In this document: positions 31,701 to 41,379 of the stretch, one piece after another
Position numbering within the stretch: the stretch's first letter is position 1
How the letters are laid out: each line of letters opens with the position of its first letter
From: Williopsis jadinii
Taxonomy: Eukaryota
Length of the DNA: 64,000 bases
Assembly (NCBI GenBank): GCA_024346625.1
Contig: AP024664.1
Coordinates: 496,001-560,000, forward strand
Direction: 5' to 3'
The notes under the pieces: generated by a model
What the model was told of the DNA's origin: nothing
Databases searched by the model: none
The model's input: only the letters and a program-made list of their open reading frames with translations
Translations under genes and position numbers: made by a program

Positions 31701-34349
31701 TGATTCATGGAGTTTTTTCAAATATTCCAAAAGTGTTACGTTGGAATAGCCTTCTTCTTCACGAATTATCTCTCTCAACGTCAAGGTTATCTTCTCTGAG
31801 AAATGTGGAATCAAGGCGCTAAATGTCGGCATTTGTGATACAGGTACTGGGTCCGGCATTGGAGTGGACAACGATTGTGCAAAGTACGTGATTCTTCTCT
31901 GTGCTTCAGACTGTGACTCGAACAATGGGGACTTCATGATCTCATCCTCTTGTGACATGAAAAAGTTTGGCTCTTTCAACGTTGTAGTCTGGTTTCCAAA
32001 GAGATCTGTCTGTGCAACCTGTTGGTATATCAAACGTTGCACGTGCTCCAATGACAAAAGATGTTCCCTGTACATTGCGACAATGATTGCATTCCAGACT
32101 TGAGACACCAATACTTTACTTTTGAAAGTATTGTCCTGTGTAGTTGCCATGACTTTGGAAAAGATTCTTTTTGGTAATCGAGAAAAGATATTTCTCCACG
32201 GTGTCCATATAGAGACACCAATATACAATGACCTGCAGACAGAATGGATTGTGTTACAAATAATGTACCACATGTACGTGTCTAAGAAAAATAACACCAA
32301 GTCAGTGATAACCATTAATGTCAACAAAACCATTGGTTGAATACGACAAACAATGGTGCCCAAATATTGTTCGCCTATACATCTAGTTGCATGGATAGCG
32401 CTCAACTCTCTGATTGGGTCCTTAAGCGACAATGTCAAGAAGAAATATGATTCAATCAGCTTTGCTGTGAAGACAGCAAACCAGAGACCGAAAGAGGAGA
32501 GTCGGGCCTTACCTTTGAGTTTATGAATAGAATTGGTAAAGTTGATATTTGCAAGAGTGTCTCTCTTCCCAGAGAGTGTGGATCCAAACAATGACGACAA
32601 AGGAGCGATAGCAAAATAGATTGAAACCAGCGTTCCCAAGATGAACTGACTGATAGAGATTCCCATTGCCGCCTTTTCATTAATAGACACGGGGAAAGCA
32701 CCAAGGATGTAAAGAGTTGGAATTGTCAAAAGCAGTAAAATTAATGTCAACAACACAGACCGTTTTGTTAATGATTGAGCACCTGGCCATCGTCTTGGAA
32801 CAAACAAATATTCCAACAACGTTGCAATCAAGTTAATTAAGGTACTAACCGCCCCATTCAACGACAATACAGTCAAAGTGATGTACATTGGCGGTTTATT
32901 GTCCAACAGTTGTTGATAGTTCTTTGTGTAAAGAGCAGATGCATTTGCCAAGGTGTAAATCCAAAACATTGAAATATGAATTATCCAGATTCTGTTGAAG
33001 TTGAGAATAATATGTAGCCAAGTTCTTCTCTCCTTATAAGTCTTGTAAAAGCATTTTGACCATCTGATATTGTTCAAATGGAGGTAACGCTCATGGACAG
33101 GGATCTCAATTAACAATTTTTTGGAATCCTTAATTTGGATTTTCTCCAACCCCTTTCTATACCAAAAGAACTGGTTGATGTCATCGTATCCAATTATGGA
33201 AGAATGATATTTATCCTTGACGATGTAGCGTCCATCAACAAGTTCATACACTTGATCTCTGTAGAACTCATACAACGGGGTAATGACATGATCCAAAAAT
33301 GACTCAGGGGGCTTAAAGTCAGCGTTGTCCTCTTTGAGTTTCTCCAAGCCATACCAATAATCATTACAACATTTGAAAATGAAGCAGAGACATTCGGGCA
33401 TAAATCTAATGTTATTGGCTTCGCCCCACACCAAAAGATATATAGAGACTTGAACAACAGAGTCGTAAGCTGAGAGAGAGCTCATATTCTCAACCCACCT
33501 AACCTCAGATTGCTCCAAGGATATTTTCGATTCAAACAGCGGATTGCCTTTATTTTTCCTCTTGTAGGAACTCTTTGGTTGACCATCTTTGTTGGCGTTT
33601 GCGAAACCCACAGTGTCATCGATATCGAGCTGAGCTGAAAAGTACCATTTTTTGAAGTTTGAGTTTATTCCACCAATGTAGTCCGCGTGGATTGAACGAA
33701 GCGCCTGGTTGGCTGTCATCCTGGACGCTCTTGAGTCTAACAATCTCATCAAGAAATCAAACATATTTCTCGTATTATCCAACTGAAATCCAAAGTTTTC
33801 CATCAACTCGATGAATATCAATTCAATCTCTTCTCTGGTTATAGGTATCTCATTCGGATTACTCCAGCAAGGATATGGATCATGGTAATTGTCAAAAACG
33901 TCGTAGATACCACGTTCTGCAAACCTTTCTCCCTTAACCGTTTCGGGTTTCTTTTCAATAGTAGCGTGTTGTATTCTTTCATTCCACCGATCGCTTGCAA
34001 TCTGTGGAGTCTTGAAGCCACTGAATGGCACAGCGCTTCTTCCTGTCAACGCAGAATCGAAAGCATTCGTATTCAACGCCGCTGCTGTTTGAAAGTTGAT
34101 GTTAGTTTATACGCAAGAGACAAATCACTAAGAGCTTGGGTATCATTCCGTACAAGGCCCTTCTCCTGCTTGGTACTCGGGAGAGTCCGTATAGTTTGAA
34201 GAGGATTCCGAGTCCTCAGCACCGTTGTTGTTGTTCTGGTTGTTGTCTTCGCCCTTTCTGTGAGTATTAACCGCCTCATCATCGTCGTCATCTTCTTCCT
34301 GAATGGCCTCGTGGATAACCACCCGGTTGGTGCGCTTCAACAGAGACAT
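28743..34349 (-). CDS. FKS3: 1,3-beta-glucan synthase, Fks3 (spore wall) type; exons 34349-34154 and 34084-28743
   Basis: LSGNPILGDGKSDNQNH, QLIDANQDNYLEE, HYGHPDF, LHLNEDIYAG. The main ORF has only a TTG start; intron 34085-34153 links it in frame to an upstream ATG exon. Short N-terminus and MSE sites favour FKS3 over FKS1. Confidence 0.85.
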
Positions 34350-35944
34350 CGTTCGCCTTATCAGCCTTTGCTATAACCGAATGTTTGTTCAGTTTCGAGT
34401 GTGTAAATGACTTGCCTTCCATACGAAATGAACGGGTGTTGAACATTATACAAAACCCGCTTCTGTTTTGTTTTTTGTTTTTGTGTACATGTTTTGATTT
34501 TTGTTGATGAGACACTTGGTTGCCACGGTGATGGCATCCAGTACACCATGAACAATTTTATCCAGCACGAGCACGCTATTTGTAGTCGACTGACTTTGGA
34601 ATGGGTCGATTTGTGATCTCACAGGGGAGTGTTTGGTTCGTCTCTGCGTGCTAGTGTGCCATGATCCAGGTCCCGATTGTACTGACTGATGAAAACGGTC
34701 ATTTAAAGCCTTTAGCAGTGATTTGTCTGCAACATTCCAGCTCCAATCTTGACATCGATCTTAAGCCAGACAGATAAATACAACCCCTAGCTGGGGAAAC
34801 AGTCAAACACCACGCTCCACAGTTCTGTGGTGGGTGGTAAAATGGATCGGATACACAGACTGTCGGTTCAGACCTCCTCCACTTAGCCATTCATGGACTC
34901 GGCCGAAGACATCAATCGCGGACCTCATTCCATAAGTGATGATCCAATTAGGAAGTTCTGTCGAGCAGCCGGACATAAGTTACTTTTAACAGGACCGGGA
35001 TATTGACAACAAGGTCGGACCAAGGTGTTCAAAGGTTTGGCGAAGCATTGAGCTCGATCAATACGATGCTCTTATCAGAGTTGCTAGATATACGGGTCGA
35101 TTGGAGTGGGTATGCCATGAAGAGCAGGGACGATGGGGTAAATACAGGCTATGCCAAAATACGAGCTACATCATTCTGCTGTGGGACTTGGCAATGCTTA
35201 TTAATTCCCCTTGGGACCTCTAACAGCACAACATCTGGCTTTGAGGCAACAAAGCAAAAACGAAGATGCTCTTGAATCTTGCAGGCTCGGAGCTCGGGTT
35301 CTGGAAAGGTGCTCACCAAAGAACATCATACGTTTGCCGAGTAGTTTCAATCAGGCAATTCTTATCACAACCTTAGCTGTTATCTTATCCACTGCGGTTT
35401 CTCTAACATTCGTATAGCAAGGGCCATGGAGTTGGCCATGGTTCGAGGGAATTCTCAACCCATCTTCACCTCGGGATTTGGTGGTGTGCCTGAAGTGCAA
35501 AACGAGTGATAGAGCCGATCGCCATACACAAGCCCCCCTGACCAGATGGAATCATGATACTTTTCGCTTTCTGCGACTCATATCTATGAGCTCATTCTAG
35601 TTCCTAGCTGTCCACAATAGGGGTAATGTTGGTAAAGTAATCAAACATGCAACTAATAATTTTTTTAACTTTGCAGATGCTGACCACAACTAGGGGAACA
35701 TGGAGATCCACGAAGTTGTAATTCTGAACCATTAGCCATGGCGATTCGGGATCCAAGCAACCAGGCACTGGCTGAAGAAACTGGCCAATTATTCTGTAAA
35801 TCCAAGACCTTGCCCAGAGCAGGAGCAATTGAGTGCGGTACAAGTTAACACCGTCAGAACAGAAATCGAGTGACGCTCGTCACGGCCCATGGAGCTGAGT
35901 TACAATTAACAAAGCTCATCGCTGCATGTCAGTTTTTTAAAACC

Positions 35945-36745
35945 CTCTCCAAATTGCGCGCGCCATTGTCAGCGAAAAACAGAAAACCAGCACAACGAAT
36001 TGCGAGCTTTACGCACGCAAAATGAGCGGTAAAACGATGTTAGCTGGGGCCTCCGCCAAAGCTTACGCGGGAGAATGGTAGCTACACGCGCAGAGGAAGT
36101 GCGGGAACGACCCTACTTCCCGCTGGGGGCCTGTTCAACCAAACCCCATGTCCCCTTCCGGAGGGGCAAGGCAGAGCACCAACGCCTAACGAGCAAATTC
36201 GCTGTCCCGTGTGTGTCTTAATCTCTGTGTTTGAGCTCTGTCTCTCCCCGGAACTCGGTAACTACGGAACCTCCGTCCTCGTCTTGTTCTCACAGACCTC
36301 GCTGTGTCTCTTTTTGCCCTCAACTGACGAGAGATGCGCACGCATGCATCTGAGAAACTCTGTTTCCGCTTCCACCTGTGCCCGATTTCTGTTTTGGTTT
36401 GTTTGTTTGAAGTAATTGCTGGTGTTTTTTTGGCTGTCGCTTGGGTAACGTGCATATTACGTATACGTTACAAGTGCCCTCTCCCTACAGAGACAAAACT
36501 TACAAGGGACACAACACCAGTAACCAAACCAACAACAACAGCAATCATACGATCGAGTTCACCAAGTGCGCGATACAACCATTCAAGCTAACGCTTACAA
36601 AGCCATTCCGCAAACAGCAACTCACACACTCTCCCAGCTGTTATGCAACCACTTTAGCTGAATGCGAACTCGTAGTGCTCAAGCTAAAGCCCTTTGTGTC
36701 AAACAGAATCCGAAAAAAAAACTTCACGCTTGCGCGCCTACAGAA
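35945..36745 (-). ncRNA. Candidate large structured non-coding RNA (identity unknown)
   Basis: At least eight helices found by eye, several needing G-U pairs that work only on the minus strand. The ends can pair, and AAUUUGG lies just 3' of the closing stem. No credible ORF. Confidence 0.5.
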
Positions 36746-37107
36746 AATTAACGCCGGCCCGTACAATTGAGCCGAACACCCTCCCATCGCACGGTATTTT
36801 TTTTTGCCTCCCAGCAAGAGAGGCCCGCCCCCCTCCGCCTGGCTCCGTCCAGCAGGAAACAGCTCTGCTTAGAAACATCACCATACATGAAGCTGGGGGC
36901 ATATGGGGGCATAAGTACGTATAAAAGAAACCGGTTTTACCCAAGGGCTTTGAAAATATCGTATGGTTTGGGGGAGAGGACTTTTTGTTTTATAAAACCG
37001 TTGATTCGTCTGCTTTGATAAAGGTTGAACCGCCATTGGCAGACACATCCGCAGGGAGCACAAACAAGAAACAACAACAAACAACAACAAACAACGTCCC
37101 ACAGTAA

Positions 37108-37162
37108 GTTATACACAGCGGTTATACACAGCAGGTTATACACAGGAAGTTCTACACAGCGG
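37108..37162 (+). repeat. Four-copy ~13-14 bp tandem repeat GTTATACACAG(C) in the 5' leader of the YCR061W-like gene
   Basis: gttatacacagcg gttatacacagcag gttatacacaggaa gttctacacagcgg. Confidence 0.85.
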
Positions 37163-37185
37163 CGCACTCAATTACACACACAAGG

Positions 37186-39084
37186 ATGAAGCTCTCTACG
37201 AAGTTACTGGCGATACCGCTCATCGCAGCGGCAGCCGCCAGCATGATGGATGGTGATGGAAACACAGACATGATGGACGGCGAAGGAATGATGGACGGTG
37301 AGGGCATGATGGACGGCGGCAACTACGTCCAGGCGGAACATGTCGAGGTCTCCACTGAAGACACCACGGAGCTCGTGCCAATTCCTCATGAGCCCAAGAT
37401 GGACCACGGCGCTCCAATCCTTCAGAGAAAGTTGACGCCAGCGGAGCGTCTCTACTGGGAACAGTACAACACCACCACGTACTTCACCATGGAAAGTCCA
37501 CACAAAAGCTCCCTGTGGGTCCACGTCCTGACCCTTTTCGTCGGGTTCATCTTCATCTACCCGATCACCTTGGTTCTCAACACCGTCAAGTCCAAGTGGT
37601 ACATCCCGGTGTTGACCGTCTACGACGCCTTGATAGTCGTATCGTTGGTGTCCTTAAAGGTGTTTAGCATCTCGGCACCAAACATGTATCCGAATAACGC
37701 ATATGGCAAGATGTCATGGATCTTGTTGTTTGCAACTATCACGCACTACTGTTTGGCGGTGCTCCACTGCGCATCGCAGTGGATCTCTGGCGAATGGATC
37801 ATGAATGACACGCCGGAATTGAACCAACCTTTTATCCCATTGGAGGACTTGGACTTGGAGGCTGGTTCCGCCTCTCCTTCCCCATCTACACTGATCGACG
37901 CTGACAATAATAACAATACTAAGAACATCAGCAATGGTGTGGACGGAAACAAGAACAGCCATGACCATGGAAACGCTGTCCCGGCTTCTCCAGAGACTGA
38001 GGTTTACAAGGATTCGTTGGATATGGGTGAAGAGTACTTCAATGCTCCTAGGGCTCAATCGCATAGCTCAATGGCTCGTGATGGTATTCTTTCTTCGGTT
38101 TTCAACCATCCAAGGGTCAAGGCCTTTGCTGAAAAGTTTGCCCCAGTGATTTCATTCTTGTTCTCCTTGTTTAACCTTCCAATGCTTGGATATCTCTTTG
38201 CATACTCCGTCACCGGTGTCGCCACTGGTAATTTGCTAGGACAAGGCGTTAGAGTCTTCAACTTGTTGGCCCATTTCATCAAAGGTGGTGTCTTCTTCAC
38301 TTTGGGGATCTTTTCATTGGCCCGTTACTGCGGTTGTCTGTCGAAATCCGGTTTGGCTTGGAACAAGTGTGTCATCTTCAAGAATCAAGTTAATCACAAC
38401 TCGCTGTGGTACAGATGGATGCCACAAGGTATGTTCACAATGGAGTTCTATGAGAGTTTCTTGATCTTCTTTTACGGTTCTACAAACGTTTTCTTGGAGC
38501 ATTTGGCGGGCGCAGGCGGTGCGTGGGAAGCAAAGGATTTACAACACGTTTCAATTGCATTCATGTACATCGGAGCTGGTCTCTGTGGTTTAATTACTGA
38601 AAAGATCTTGTCCGACTGGAGATTCCACCAGGTTTTGTCCAACACGAACATTAACCCTGCTGCTATTCATGCTGGTTCTCCAGGTTATTCACCAAACCCA
38701 TTCCCAGTCTTCACCATCTTTTGGACAGGTATTCTCATGTCACAACACAAGCAGGCTTCACAGATTTCCACTGTAATCCATGAGCAGTGGGGTTACATGC
38801 TCTCATACGGTTCATTCTTCCGTTTGCTGACATTTATTCTTCTGATGCTTGTTCCAAACAAGAACTTGGCTCCATCTCGTCCATTCACTGAGTTGATCAC
38901 ATCTTTCTGTTTGATCGCTGGTGGTGCAATTTTCATGCAATCCACAGATCAAGTGGTTGAGGCCCTCGAGTACAGAGGTTTGACATCGATGTTCACTCTT
39001 AACGTCAACGTTGGATGTGTTGCCCTTTTGATGGCATGGGAAATGGTTCTCTTGATCTGGAAGGATAGATTGCAACGCAAGTGA
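37186..39084 (+). CDS. TVS1: Ytp1/DUF2427 multi-pass membrane protein (YCR061W/TVS1 orthologue)
   Basis: Signal peptide; ERLYW, LAHFIKGGVFF, FFYGSTNVFLEHL, DLQHVSI, GILMSQH, HEQWG motifs; synteny with TAH1/YIH1. Confidence 0.85.
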   Translation: MKLSTKLLAIPLIAAAAASMMDGDGNTDMMDGEGMMDGEGMMDGGNYVQAEHVEVSTEDTTELVPIPHEPKMDHGAPILQRKLTPAERLYWEQYNTTTYFTMESPHKSSLWVHVLTLFVGFIFIYPITLVLNTVKSKWYIPVLTVYDALIVVSLVSLKVFSISAPNMYPNNAYGKMSWILLFATITHYCLAVLHCASQWISGEWIMNDTPELNQPFIPLEDLDLEAGSASPSPSTLIDADNNNNTKNISNGVDGNKNSHDHGNAVPASPETEVYKDSLDMGEEYFNAPRAQSHSSMARDGILSSVFNHPRVKAFAEKFAPVISFLFSLFNLPMLGYLFAYSVTGVATGNLLGQGVRVFNLLAHFIKGGVFFTLGIFSLARYCGCLSKSGLAWNKCVIFKNQVNHNSLWYRWMPQGMFTMEFYESFLIFFYGSTNVFLEHLAGAGGAWEAKDLQHVSIAFMYIGAGLCGLITEKILSDWRFHQVLSNTNINPAAIHAGSPGYSPNPFPVFTIFWTGILMSQHKQASQISTVIHEQWGYMLSYGSFFRLLTFILLMLVPNKNLAPSRPFTELITSFCLIAGGAIFMQSTDQVVEALEYRGLTSMFTLNVNVGCVALLMAWEMVLLIWKDRLQRK

Positions 39085-39678
39085 AGTACTTGATATTCAC
39101 TCTCACCATTATCTTTTTTTTATTATCGCTGCTACATTTAAGGAAACCTCTTTGATTGGGCCAAGGTCTCATATTCTCCTCCGAAGCAACTGGTTTAATT
39201 TTTATCAAACTCCCTTTTATCGGCCAGTGAGGATTTGGTTCAGTGACCTTGCTAACCAGGAATGGACCTTTTAGTGTTTCCTTTTTTTTTTCTCTATGTT
39301 CTTTTACTATTCTGGACCACGATTTGTCAATGCTACACACGAAACCTTTTTATTACTCCTTTTATAACCTCTCACCTTGTTGTCGATTGCAGCTATGGAC
39401 CAATCATGAGCAAGTTCATCGCACTATACTGAACAATTGTCTTCTGTTTTCGCCCTCCCACAAGTGTTCATGGCTTCATTCGACGTACTGGCGTCCATTC
39501 ATATAATGACTAATTAAATGCACATTGTACCAATCTGGCTTCCACGCCCACGCTTGTAAGCGCATTCAATGCCGCATATCGCACAAGCTCACCCTACACG
39601 TAAGATGGAATTGAGACCACTTGTATAAGCTACGTACAAAAGACCTAACGTTGTTGTTTCGGAAAACACTATAGACAA

Positions 39679-39867
39679 GAATGTAGAAACAACTGATTCC
39701 CAGTATCACATGATGTGATTCAACACCAGGCGCCCAGCAACGTTCGTATCACTCTACGCCCCTCCCGCAAGCATCACCTCCACTGTAGCCCCACAAGAAC
39801 ATCACAGGTCACAAGGGAAGCAAAGGTATCGAAGCCTACGGGCCGTCATGTTGGCGATATTGATGTT
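39679..39867 (-). ncRNA. SNR32: Box H/ACA snoRNA, snR32 orthologue (25S rRNA pseudouridylation guide)
   Basis: Minus strand reads GAACGTTGCTGGGCGCCTGGTGTTGA...GATACTGGGAATCAGTTGTTTCT-ACA-TTC. Pocket strands CUGGGC and GAAUCA complement 25S UGAUUUCUGCCCAG. H-like ATACGA; about 189 nt; Tbf1/Rap1/RRPE promoter; near RPL42 as in S. cerevisiae. Match to snR32 is from recollection. Confidence 0.85.
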
Positions 39868-39899
39868 GAAGAAGAGGAAAAGTGTTCAACAAGACAGAG

Positions 39900-39986
39900 T
39901 GAAAAGTTTGGAAAAATTTTTGTTTTTCACCTTCAGGCGGAGCGGCCATACAATACATCCAGACACCAGGTCAACCGGGTTAGGGC
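39900..39986 (-). promoter_or_regulatory. snoRNA promoter: RRPE-like tract, Rap1-like site, Tbf1 site
   Basis: gaaaaattttt at 39911; acatccagacacc at 39955-39967; ttagggc at 39980-39986. Confidence 0.7.
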
Positions 39987-40818
39987 TCACGAACAGGGGA
40001 CTATGGCTATTGGCCTGTAGACGCTGTGCTCACGAGGCTCGTGGGGGGTTGTGATGGCTGTGAGAGATGGACTGGTGTGTCTGGCCATGGTGGGAAAGGT
40101 GTTGGTTGTCAAGGGGGTCCGCATAGTTGTAAGCTCCCGGCATGGCTCATCAAGTCGTGCCGGTGTGAGAGCTACGCTCTCCCTCTCTCTTGTGCGATAT
40201 TGGGGGTTCGGATGTAGAACGTGCTTTGTATGCCATTGTGTGTTACTCTGCCATGGATCTGATCTCCTTTCACAGGAAGCTCGCTGTGATTGGCCCCCAC
40301 CGTCCCGTCCCACCAGCGCCTGCATAGCGTGGTGAGGATGGATGTGTCACATAACATCCGTACACCCACCATTGTGAAGCCATTGTGAAGCCATCGTGGA
40401 GCCCAGCTGTAGTGCCTCCCCTGGCTTCCTTGCACTGCTTTAGCCTGGATCTGCTGTCCTCAGTGAACGTACCGTGCCTACCCGAACACCGAGTGCGTTC
40501 GCTCCATGTGCCCTCCCCAGCTTACACTCACCAGCATTCAATTGCCTTGTTGTGATGACAAATCAATAGGCTGTGACTCGCCTCATGCGTGCAGACCAAG
40601 AGCGCCCATTGTTCACGGCAACATTGGTGTGACGACGATGCTTTGCTACAGTACAAGGCCACCACCAGCCAACAGACTCCACTGCTGTTCCACAACCACC
40701 ACGACAGACTTCCCACAGACTTCCCACAGACGTTGCCTGCTCGGTCTCGGGCCGTGTAGTGTCACCATCTAACACCGAGCTTCACATCGTCTGCAGCGTC
40801 AGCGCAGCCATCGCAAGC

Positions 40819-40980
40819 ACGGCCAACCAGAACGCGACCACGGCCAACCAGAACGCGACCACGGCCAACGAGAACACGGCCACGGCCAACCAGAACACGA
40901 CTACAGCCAACCAGAACACGGCCACGGCCAACCAGAACACGACTACAGCCAACCAGAACACGACTACGGCCAGCCCAGAG
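40819..40980 (+). repeat. 21-bp minisatellite, about 7.5 copies
   Basis: Unit acRgccaaccagaacRcgRcY repeated from 40819. Confidence 0.95.
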
Positions 40981-41379
40981 CCCTCGCACACCCTCCACCG
41001 CATTTACTCCCCGACTACGTCACGGGCATGCCGCTTCCCTCAACACCACGCAGAGAAGCACCAGGGCCGTGGAGCAAAAAGCACACAACACCCACACACC
41101 CAAACAGACACATCTGTGCTTCCAACCACCGTCCAGCGAGCCCTCTCGCCGCCATCAGCACGGTCCAACCACCGTCCCCGTCCCTCCTTCGCTGTCCTTC
41201 GCTGTCCTTCGCTCCCCTTCGCTCCCTCGTTATCTTTTCCATCTCCGTCCGCAGTGGCCCCCATCTCCCCTGTGCCTCCAACCGCGCTGCGATCTAAGCA
41301 TAAAGCTCAAATTTTCCCGCTTTCTGGGCCCTCTGCGCTCTTCAATGCCCACGGGTATTAATCACAGCGGCACGAAGAC

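Noticed and set aside
39222..39270. CAGTGAGGATT resembling part of U4 snRNA
   Set aside because: The U4 5' U6-pairing sequence and a properly placed Sm site are missing.
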